Notes under the pieces: generated by a model
Databases searched by the model: none
Seen by the model: only the letters and a program-made list of their open reading frames with translations
Told to the model about the DNA's origin: nothing
Program-made: the position numbers and the translations under genes
NCBI GenBank assembly: GCA_044224185.1
Contig: JBGAKW010000015.1
Location: 55,603 to 119,602 of the forward strand
Direction of reading: 5' to 3'
Source: Gemmatimonadaceae bacterium
GTDB taxonomy: Bacteria > Gemmatimonadota > Gemmatimonadetes > Gemmatimonadales > Gemmatimonadaceae
Length of the DNA stretch: 64,000 bases
Shown: positions 56,786 through 64,000 of the stretch, piece by piece
How positions within the stretch are numbered: position 1 is the first letter of the stretch
Layout: each line of letters opens with the position of its first letter

Positions 56786-59227
56786 TCATTCGGCGCGCAA
56801 CGCGACGATCGGATCGACGCTGGCGGCGCGTCGCGCCGGAATCCAGACGGCGAGGAGCGCTACGCTGGCGAGCACCGTCGTCACGACGACGATGGTCAAT
56901 GGATCGGTGGCGCCTCCGCCGTAGAGCAGTCCGCGTACGAGTTGCGCCGCGCCTAACGCGCCGGCCACGCCGATGGCCGTCCCGATCCAGACCAGGCGCA
57001 TCCCCTGTGAAATGACGAGGCGCACGACGCCGGTCTGGCTCGAGCCAACGGCCATGCGAATCCCGATCTCACGAGTGCGTTGGGCGACCGAATACGACAT
57101 GACGCCGTAGACGCCGACGGCTGCAAGGATGAGCCCAAGAACTCCGAAGACGCCTAACGCCGTTCCGGCAATCCGCGACGGAAGCAGCGCGATACCCAGG
57201 TGCTCCTCCATTGACTTGACATCGGAGAGGGGCATGTCGGCATCGAGCGCCGCAACTTCGGTACGCAACTGCGGAATCAGGGTTGAGGGATCGCCGCTGG
57301 TGCGGATGATGAGATTCGTCCACGACGAATAGTTCTGGGCGAGCGGGATGAACATGTAGGCCTTGGGATCCTCGCCTAACGAGCGATACTTCCCCGTCGT
57401 GGTAACGCCGACGATCGTACGGTCCACGCCCATCACTTTCACTTTGGCGCCAATCGGATCGCGTCCCTGATAAAACCGATCCACAAAACGTTGGTTCACC
57501 ACCATCACCTGCGCCGCAGCACTATCGTCGCGCGCCGTAATGGTGCGTCCCTTGACCATCGGGATGCGCAACACCTCGAAGTAGCCCGGGGAGACAATCG
57601 AATACGTGATGCTCATGTTCTCGTCGGGCGACCGCGTGTAGCCGGCAACGTCGACACCGCCATCGCTGTTGGTGAGTCCGAGCGGAAGATCGTTGGCAAA
57701 TGCGACGTCGACGACTCCGCGCTGAGCGCGCAGTCGTTCGCTCAAGCGTGCAAAAAGTTGCTCACCTCGCGCGCGGTTGTACCCTTGCAACGATGGATCG
57801 ATGGCGGCCAGCAGGATGTGATCGGACGCGAATCCTTTCTCGACGGCAGCGGCATTTCCGATGTTGCGCAGAAACAGGCCGGCGCACGCGAGGAGGACGA
57901 GCGAGAGCGCGACCTGCGCAACGACGAGAGCGGACGAGAGTCGCGACCGCGACTGCCCGGCGGGGAGCTCTCCCTTGAGCGCGGGAATCAGCTGTGGCCG
58001 CGTCGCTTGCAGCGCGGGTGCGAGTCCGAACAAGACGCCGACTGCCACCGAGATAGCGAGGGAGAACGCCAGGACAGGCATCGACAGCTGCAAATTCGGG
58101 CGCAACGCGACATCCATCGGGATGCTCACCGCGTTGGCGATGCCAATGGCCCACGCAGCGACGAGAAGACCGACAATGCCGGCGATGACGGCGAAGAGAA
58201 TACTCTCCGTAAGCAGTTGGCGAACGAGTCGGCTTCGCTCAGCCCCGATGCTCAACCGCACTGCCATCTCCCGCGACCGCTCGCTCGCGCGCGCGAGAAA
58301 GAGGTTGGCGACGTTGACGCAGGCAATGAGCAGGAGCATGCCGACCACCGCCATGATGAGCGCGGACATTTGCACCTGCGTCTGTCGGAAGGAGGGATGA
58401 ATGCCAGCCTCCGACTGCCTAACGAGCGTAATGCCGCTGCGTCGATACTGATCGGGGTGCGACTCGGCGAGCTGAGCATTGATTTGCTCGAGCCGCGCCT
58501 TGGCCTGTTCGAGCGATACGCCCGCCTTGATGCGCGCGATGAGCGTGAGGAACGACTCGCTCCAGTTGTCGTCCAGCTTTCCGCGTTCGGGGGCGATCTC
58601 GGGATATTGCGTGAGCGGAACGTAGAGCGCGGGGACGATCATCGGCATCAGTCCCGCGAAGCCTCGTCCGGCGATTCCGATGACGCTGTAGCTGCGCCCA
58701 TTTAGGATTACGTCACGTCCCACGAGAAGCGGATCGGCGCCGAATTGTCGCTGCCAGGTGTCGTAACTCAACACCGCCACACGATGCGCGTTCAGTCCAT
58801 TCTCTTCGTCGGCGCTGAAGCCGCGACCACGTTCCATACGCACGCCGAGCGTGGAAAACGTTGACGCGGACGCCAAGACGCCCATGACCCGCGCGCTCTT
58901 GCCGCCAAAGGAGAGACTCATTGGGGTAAAGGCCCACGCGCCGACATCGGCGAGAACGTCGTTGCTTCGCTCCCGCAGCGCGCGAAAGTGCGGCAGCGAC
59001 GAGGAGTTATAGCGCTCCCCGCCCGGCGAACTGCGGTAGACCTGCACCAACTCCTCCGGAGCGCGTACGCCGCCTAACGGGCGAAGGAGCATTGCCTCGA
59101 TGGCCGAGAAAACGGCCGTGTTGAGCCCGATGCCCAGCGCGAGCGTCAAAAGACCAACGGCGGTGAAGAGCGGGTGCCGAAGAAGGGACCGAACCGCAGA
59201 CCGCAGGTCTTGGACTAGCGTGGACAT
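56786..59227 (-). CDS. ADOP-family duplicated orphan ABC permease (tandem paralogue)
   Basis: 813 aa, collinear with the downstream paralogue (MSTLVQDLRSAVRSLLRHPLFTAVGLLTLALGIG...). Confidence 0.85.
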   Translation of the reverse strand: MSTLVQDLRSAVRSLLRHPLFTAVGLLTLALGIGLNTAVFSAIEAMLLRPLGGVRAPEELVQVYRSSPGGERYNSSSLPHFRALRERSNDVLADVGAWAFTPMSLSFGGKSARVMGVLASASTFSTLGVRMERGRGFSADEENGLNAHRVAVLSYDTWQRQFGADPLLVGRDVILNGRSYSVIGIAGRGFAGLMPMIVPALYVPLTQYPEIAPERGKLDDNWSESFLTLIARIKAGVSLEQAKARLEQINAQLAESHPDQYRRSGITLVRQSEAGIHPSFRQTQVQMSALIMAVVGMLLLIACVNVANLFLARASERSREMAVRLSIGAERSRLVRQLLTESILFAVIAGIVGLLVAAWAIGIANAVSIPMDVALRPNLQLSMPVLAFSLAISVAVGVLFGLAPALQATRPQLIPALKGELPAGQSRSRLSSALVVAQVALSLVLLACAGLFLRNIGNAAAVEKGFASDHILLAAIDPSLQGYNRARGEQLFARLSERLRAQRGVVDVAFANDLPLGLTNSDGGVDVAGYTRSPDENMSITYSIVSPGYFEVLRIPMVKGRTITARDDSAAAQVMVVNQRFVDRFYQGRDPIGAKVKVMGVDRTIVGVTTTGKYRSLGEDPKAYMFIPLAQNYSSWTNLIIRTSGDPSTLIPQLRTEVAALDADMPLSDVKSMEEHLGIALLPSRIAGTALGVFGVLGLILAAVGVYGVMSYSVAQRTREIGIRMAVGSSQTGVVRLVISQGMRLVWIGTAIGVAGALGAAQLVRGLLYGGGATDPLTIVVVTTVLASVALLAVWIPARRAASVDPIVALRAE

Positions 59228-59361
59228 GCCGGGCGCTCCGTTGGACTCGCGGGGGGCAAGGGCGTAAGGACCTTCCCCGTACGGCGCTACAGGGTTGAAG
59301 GTGTCAATCGGCGTTGGACACGACTACCTCGGCTCGCTCAGAACGGTCTGTTTGTTTCGTC

Positions 59362-60534
59362 CTATCCCCAAACTTCGCTCAGAAGTCGCATCCAGTTCTT
59401 GCCAATCACCTTCTCGATCCGCGCCGACGAGTGCCCCGCCTTGGCCATGAGGTCGGCGATGACGTCGAGGCGACGCGGTGAGTTGATGTCGGGGACGAAA
59501 GTGAAGACCTCCGGATCTTCACCCGGTGCCGAGATGCCGCGCGCTCGCCGCGCCATGATCGACTCGCGGTGAATCGCTCGGAATTCGGGGGTAAGGTCGA
59601 TGGGGGTGATCGAGTTGTCGCTCCCAACTCCGACATGATCCTCGCCACAGACATCGATCGCATGCGACAAGTGGCGCATGAAATCCTCGGCCATCGGCTG
59701 TCCCGAGACTCGCAGGAATGGCATGAGGTAGATGCCCACCACGCCCCCGCGGTCGGCCAGTCGTTTGAGAATCTCGTCCGGCTTGTTGCGCGGGACGTCG
59801 GCGACGGCGCTGCATCCGGAATGTGTGATGGCAACCGGTTTGGCCGACGTCATGATGCCGTCGGTCGTCGTCTGGCGCCCGCAGTGCGACAAGTCGACCA
59901 GCGAGCCTAACGAGTTGAGCCGCTCGACGACCGCCCGGCCGACGGTACTGAGGCCAGCGTTGGCCCGCTCGAGGCAACCATCGCCTAACAAGTTGCGCAC
60001 GTTGTACGTGAGCTGGACGATGCGCACGCCCAGGTCATGGAAGAGATCGACGCGGGTGAGGTCGTTCTCGTACATCGTGCCGTCCTGAAAGCCGAGCACG
60101 ATGCCGAGTCGCTTTGAGCCTTTAGCGGCGCGGAGGTCGGCGACGGAGCGTACCTGGGTCCAGACGTCGGGGTGGGCGGCGAGCTCGCGATTCCAGAAGG
60201 CGATGGCGCGTACGGTCTGTTCGAATGCAGTCGCGCCGACACCGTTGCCGTTGACGGTGACATTGACGGCGGTCATTCCAGACGCCTTGGCATTTGCCAC
60301 CATCGCCGCCGAGAGGGGCTTCGCGAACATCCCTTCGACGTTGAACGGCCCCGGCGTGGCGAGCATGTCGATCGCGATGGCATTGTCGTAGCCGGGCCAC
60401 ATCGCGCGCGTCCTGTCCATCGGCTCCGGCGCGACGCTCGCGGCAACGGCGTCGAGTCCGCCTAACGACGGAAGTATTGCAGCTGCCGAGGCGTGCCGGG
60501 CAAAGTCGCGGCGTGAGATGGGGTCGTTAGGCAT
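59362..60534 (-). CDS. Tat-signal M19 membrane dipeptidase family protein (second copy)
   Basis: MPNDPISRRDFARHASAAAILPSLGG leader, plus VDLSHCGRQT, AITHSGCSAV and VGVGSDNSITP. The ORF is trimmed to the ATG at 60534. Confidence 0.8.
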   Translation of the reverse strand: MPNDPISRRDFARHASAAAILPSLGGLDAVAASVAPEPMDRTRAMWPGYDNAIAIDMLATPGPFNVEGMFAKPLSAAMVANAKASGMTAVNVTVNGNGVGATAFEQTVRAIAFWNRELAAHPDVWTQVRSVADLRAAKGSKRLGIVLGFQDGTMYENDLTRVDLFHDLGVRIVQLTYNVRNLLGDGCLERANAGLSTVGRAVVERLNSLGSLVDLSHCGRQTTTDGIMTSAKPVAITHSGCSAVADVPRNKPDEILKRLADRGGVVGIYLMPFLRVSGQPMAEDFMRHLSHAIDVCGEDHVGVGSDNSITPIDLTPEFRAIHRESIMARRARGISAPGEDPEVFTFVPDINSPRRLDVIADLMAKAGHSSARIEKVIGKNWMRLLSEVWG

Positions 60535-60605
60535 GTGGGAGGCGGAAAAAGTGCTCGGGGGTGTGACGGTGTGCGGCCGGCGCCGCCGCCGCATCGCGGG
60601 GCGTC

Positions 60606-63605
60606 TTAGCGGCGTGCCGGCGTTCCCAGCCGCCCCACAGCCTCGAGAAGTTCGGTCGAGGAGAAGGGCTTTTCCAGAAGGGAAACACCTTGATCGAGCA
60701 CGCCATGCCGCGAGACGATGTCGGCGGTGTAGCCCGACACGAACAACACGCGAAGCGACGGATGAGCCGCCAGCAAGCGATCCGCGAGCTCACGCCCGCT
60801 CATTCCAGGCATGATGACATCGGCGACGAGGATGTCGATGGTGCCAAGGTGCGCCGCCAGCTCCAGCGCGCGCTCGCCCGACTCCGCGGCGTGCACATTG
60901 TAGCCCCCACGTTGAAGAAAGCGCGTGCTCAGCTCTCGTACCAGCGCATCATCCTCGGCCACGAGGACCACACCGGACGTCGTGCGCGTATCCGGTTCCA
61001 GCGCCTGATCGTTAGGCGGTGACGGTACGCGTTCCCGCTGTGGGAGGTACACGGTAAACGTGGAACCAACGCCCGGCGTGGACTCGACCTCGATCGTCCC
61101 ACCGCTCTGTGTGACGAAGCCGTACACCGTGGCGAGTCCGAGTCCCGTCCCTTTTCCGACTTCCTTGGTGGTGAAGAATGGCTCGAAGAGTCGCGCGCGC
61201 GATGCTTCGTCGATGCCTTTGCCCGTGTCGCTCACGGCGAGCGAGACGTACGACGTTGGTGCCTCGTTAGGCTCGCGCGAACGCTGCACCGATGACGTCG
61301 TGATTCGTAGCGCCCCGCCCGTTGGCATGGCATCGCGTGCGTTGAGCGCCAGGTTGACCAACACCGTATGCATCTGCGCCTGGTCGACGAAGGTTGTGAG
61401 TACGCCAGGCGCCAGCGAGATGTCGATTTGAATATCCTCGCCTATCAAGCGATGCAGCATGCGCGCGGCCTCGCGCACGACATCGTTGAGGTCGAGCTGC
61501 TCCGGCTGCAAGACTTGCTTCCGGCTGTAGGCGAGGAGTTGGCGCGTGAGCGACGCGGCGCGGTCGCTCGCTCGCATGACCTGCTCCAATTCGTCGCGTA
61601 CGTCCTCGCCCGTTTCGAGGCGAGCGCGCGCCACCTGCGCGAAGCCAGAGATGACGGTGAGGATGTTGTTGAAATCGTGCGCGATGCCGCCGGCCAGACG
61701 TCCCACCGCTTCGGTCTTCTGCGACTGGAGGAGTTGCGCGGCGAGTTGCCGCTTCGCGGTCACGTCGATCGCGTAGACAAGTCGAGCCTCTATTCCCTGA
61801 TACAGGAATTGGGCGCCGTACACTTCAACATCGATCAAGGAGCCATCTCGCTTGCGATGACGACTTGCCGTGACGAGCACCTGCGCGGAGTCGCGGTCTG
61901 GGAGTCGCTGCGTGAACAGATGCACGTCCTCCGGGCGCCGAAGATCAAGCATCGTGAGCTTGACGAACTCTTCTCGCGACCAGCCGTACTTCTCGATTGC
62001 TGCGTCGTTTACTTCCAGTATCTGCAGGGAATCTCGCGCATACACCCACATCGGAACGGGTGAGGCGCTGAAGAGGACGCGATAGCGTGCTTCCGACTCC
62101 GCTAACGCGCGCAAGGCGCGCTCACGCTTCGTGACGTCGTGCGTGTTGACGAGGATGTGCGTGAGCGATTCGTCGATTCCCAGAATGGGTGTCATGCTCG
62201 ACTCGAGCAGGCGCGGTTCACCGGCGACGATTATTTCCGCTGCCGGGAGCTGCACGCGCTGCTTTGACGTGACGGCCCGATCAAGCGCACGTAGCGCTTC
62301 GTCGCGAAGTTGCGGCGGCGCCACGTCCTCGAAAAGGCGTCCGATCAACGCCTTACGGGGGAGCCCCGTGGTGATCGTGAGCTGCGTGTTGAGCTCTACA
62401 CATCGAAAGCAGCCGTTCCCTTCGTTGCGAAACAAGATCAACCCACTCGGCGCTGAATCCAGGACCAGCGAGACGCGCCGCTCGCGGTCGATGATCTCCG
62501 ACCGCGCGATATTTCGCTCTGTGACATCGCGCGAGACTGAGACAACACCGAACACCACGCCACGCTCGTCGCGAAGTGGTGCTTTCACCGTGTGGAATTC
62601 GCGAGCGCCGTCTGGCAAGGTGTAGTTGCGCTCGAGTGAGACCGGTTCTCCAATACGAATCACACGTTCATCGGCGTCGGCAATACGTTGCGCCGCTTCG
62701 GGTGGCACGAAGTCGTCCAGTACACGTCCGAGAAGTTCTTCGCGCTCGCGTCCGAGAATCTCGGCGCCCGCTCGGTTTGCAATGATTGTGCGCCCTTCAC
62801 GATCGCGCGCGTAAATCAAGTCGGGCGAGGCATCGATGAGGGTGCGGAGAAGCTGGTCGGAGGCTCGGAGCGACTGTTCCATGGCTCGCCGTTCGGCGAG
62901 TTCACGTTCACGGTCGGCGAGGAGACGTGCGTTGTAGATCGCAAGCGCGAGTCGTTGCGCGACCGCACTCGCAATGGTCGCTGCTTCCTCGTCATACGTC
63001 CGCCGTCCCTCGATTGAACAGATTTGTACAACGCCCAGCAACTCGTCGCGCGCGATGAGGGGACAGAAGATCGCCGAGATCGGCGACATCTGTCTCGTTA
63101 GGGCGAGATGCGTCGGACAGTAGGCGTTTCGCTGCTGGAATTCTTCTGTGAGTTCCGGGAGCAGCACGATGCGTCGCGTGCGAAGGACTTCGGCAAATGG
63201 CGATTCTGGTAGCGCCATTGCGTCGCCGACGCGTTCCCGCACGGCGAGTAAAAGCTCAGGCCAAATCGGGTGCGAGGAGTGCGCGATGGCGACGCGTTCA
63301 AGGCGTCCGGCACTCGAGAGGAGATCGATGGTGCAGTAATCGCCGAAATCGGGAACGGCAATTTCGGCAGCAGCGCGCACGGTCGCATCGAGATCTGAGG
63401 CGGACTCGAAGAGCGTCGTCATCCGCGCCAGGAGCGCGAGCCCAATATCGATGTCGCGCGCAGAGGTGTCGGCGGATGTCACGTCGCTGCGTAGCTCACG
63501 ATATAAGGAAGTGCAGGCGAGCGGATCCACGCTCGAACAAGCGGAGAATAGCGCCGTGCCGAACTCTTGGCGAGCGGCATTAGATTGAAAGGCTGCACGG
63601 CACAA
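60606..63605 (-). CDS. Cytoplasmic hybrid sensor histidine kinase (GAF, several PAS domains, HisKA, HATPase, receiver)
   Basis: H-box HDFNNILTVI, NLALNARDAM, DTGKGID, GTGLGLA, and receiver VLVAEDDALV...DILVADVIMPGMSG. The start may instead be the ATG at 63422. Confidence 0.85.
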   Translation of the reverse strand: MCRAAFQSNAARQEFGTALFSACSSVDPLACTSLYRELRSDVTSADTSARDIDIGLALLARMTTLFESASDLDATVRAAAEIAVPDFGDYCTIDLLSSAGRLERVAIAHSSHPIWPELLLAVRERVGDAMALPESPFAEVLRTRRIVLLPELTEEFQQRNAYCPTHLALTRQMSPISAIFCPLIARDELLGVVQICSIEGRRTYDEEAATIASAVAQRLALAIYNARLLADRERELAERRAMEQSLRASDQLLRTLIDASPDLIYARDREGRTIIANRAGAEILGREREELLGRVLDDFVPPEAAQRIADADERVIRIGEPVSLERNYTLPDGAREFHTVKAPLRDERGVVFGVVSVSRDVTERNIARSEIIDRERRVSLVLDSAPSGLILFRNEGNGCFRCVELNTQLTITTGLPRKALIGRLFEDVAPPQLRDEALRALDRAVTSKQRVQLPAAEIIVAGEPRLLESSMTPILGIDESLTHILVNTHDVTKRERALRALAESEARYRVLFSASPVPMWVYARDSLQILEVNDAAIEKYGWSREEFVKLTMLDLRRPEDVHLFTQRLPDRDSAQVLVTASRHRKRDGSLIDVEVYGAQFLYQGIEARLVYAIDVTAKRQLAAQLLQSQKTEAVGRLAGGIAHDFNNILTVISGFAQVARARLETGEDVRDELEQVMRASDRAASLTRQLLAYSRKQVLQPEQLDLNDVVREAARMLHRLIGEDIQIDISLAPGVLTTFVDQAQMHTVLVNLALNARDAMPTGGALRITTSSVQRSREPNEAPTSYVSLAVSDTGKGIDEASRARLFEPFFTTKEVGKGTGLGLATVYGFVTQSGGTIEVESTPGVGSTFTVYLPQRERVPSPPNDQALEPDTRTTSGVVLVAEDDALVRELSTRFLQRGGYNVHAAESGERALELAAHLGTIDILVADVIMPGMSGRELADRLLAAHPSLRVLFVSGYTADIVSRHGVLDQGVSLLEKPFSSTELLEAVGRLGTPARR

Positions 63606-63634
63606 TCACGCTTACCGAACACGCACAGGACTGA

Positions 63635-64000
63635 ATGGCTCCCCAGTTCATCTATGTCATGAAAGCGCTCACGAAGGTCGTACCCCCTTCGCGAGTGATC
63701 CTTAATAACATTTGGCTTTCCTTTTATCCCGGCGCCAAAATCGGCGTACTGGGAAGTAATGGCGCCGGTAAGTCGTCGATCCTGAAGATCATGGCCGGCG
63801 TCGACAGCGATTGGAACGGTGAGGCGTGGGCCGCCCAGGGGACCAAGATCGGCTACCTGGCCCAGGAGCCACAGCTCGACGCATCGCTCAACGTGCAACA
63901 GAACGTGGAACTCGCGGTGAAGGAGCAGCGCGGTCTCCTCGATCGGTTCAACGCGATATCCAACGAGTTCGCCGATCCCGATCTCGATGACGTGAAGATG
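63635..64000 (+). CDS. ettA: ABC-F ATPase EttA (energy-dependent translational throttle), 5' partial, runs off the window
   Basis: My own translation is MAPQFIYVMKALTKVVPPSRVILNNIWLSFYPGAKIGVLGSNGAGKSSILKIMAGVDSDWNGEAWAAQGTKIGYLAQEPQLD..., closely resembling the E. coli EttA N-terminus including Walker A. It is missing from the ORF track because no stop falls inside the window. Confidence 0.85.
   Translation, partial: MAPQFIYVMKALTKVVPPSRVILNNIWLSFYPGAKIGVLGSNGAGKSSILKIMAGVDSDWNGEAWAAQGTKIGYLAQEPQLDASLNVQQNVELAVKEQRGLLDRFNAISNEFADPDLDDVKM

Larger units (their letters stand above)
44..63102. repeat. Dispersed over-represented short motif, core CCTAACG / CGTTAGG, mostly extended to GCCTAACG. 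About 60 copies read CCTAACG on + and about 40 read CGTTAGG.
   Basis: Hand scan. Examples on +: 1897, 2167, 3567, 4117, 5004, 5436, 6145, 6503, 7325, 8007, 11154, 12679, 16146, 17002, 18625, 19036, 20591, 23042, 26100, 27560, 33638, 36208, 40131, 40142, 46676, 48347, 50029, 54374, 56952, 59073. Examples as CGTTAGG: 469, 815, 2705, 2820, 4137, 6773, 7814, 8755, 10613, 11963, 12901, 13772, 15854, 24499, 32319, 32348, 35028, 38134, 47392, 53599, 61010. Flanking sequence is not conserved. Confidence 0.85.

Noticed and set aside
54856-58705. Long plus-strand ORFs (54856..55698, 57491..58705) antisense to the two ADOP permease genes
   Set aside because: Arg/Asp/Glu-rich translations without motifs. 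They are duplicated only because the sense genes are paralogues.
1-64000. GCCTAACG as the recognition site of the Type I R-M system in this window, or as part of a REP/MITE element
   Set aside because: Type I sites are bipartite with a non-specific spacer, and restriction targets tend to be avoided rather than enriched. The flanks of the copies share no extended similarity, which argues against a mobile or REP element.

Overview
High-GC (roughly two-thirds G+C by eye) bacterial chromosomal segment, densely coding with about 46 supportable CDS. I saw no rRNA, tRNA, CRISPR array, transposase or integrase. The gene content suggests a Gemmatimonadota/Acidobacteriota-like organism, but that is inference only: tandem ADOP-type duplicated orphan permeases, an ECF sigma factor coupled to a Ser/Thr kinase with TPR repeats, a sortilin/BNR repeat protein, and many Tat/secreted peptidases. 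Main blocks: (i) 0.06-9.5 kb housekeeping/accessory genes plus the ECF-sigma/kinase pair. (ii) 10.3-17.7 kb signalling/exopolysaccharide module: HPt, atypical receivers and a degenerate GGDEF with an intact I-site, then a HEAT-repeat protein, a processive GT2 synthase and a hybrid histidine kinase. (iii) 26.7-40.6 kb cluster of D-amino-acid/peptide-processing enzymes with a GntR regulator and two matching palindromic operators. (iv) 44.2-54.1 kb lower-GC defence island: a Type I R-M system whose hsdM is separated from hsdR-hsdS by an Mrr-like nuclease, a DUF3800 gene, a repeat-rich spacer (6 perfect 10-bp repeats) and an excisionase-type HTH gene, and which is preceded by an unusual DUF429(RNase H-like)/PD-(D/E)xK fusion gene. 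(v) 54.2-64 kb with two ADOP permeases, a second M19 dipeptidase, a GAF/PAS hybrid kinase and the 5' part of ettA. The most striking signal is not a gene. The non-palindromic 8-mer GCCTAACG (core CCTAACG/CGTTAGG) occurs about 100 times by my hand count, on both strands, inside almost every CDS in every readable frame using rare codons. It supplies the stop codon of about a quarter of the genes and once forms a perfect inverted-pair hairpin. I cannot match this motif system to any I know, and it resembles DNA-uptake-sequence or HIP1-type genome signatures.
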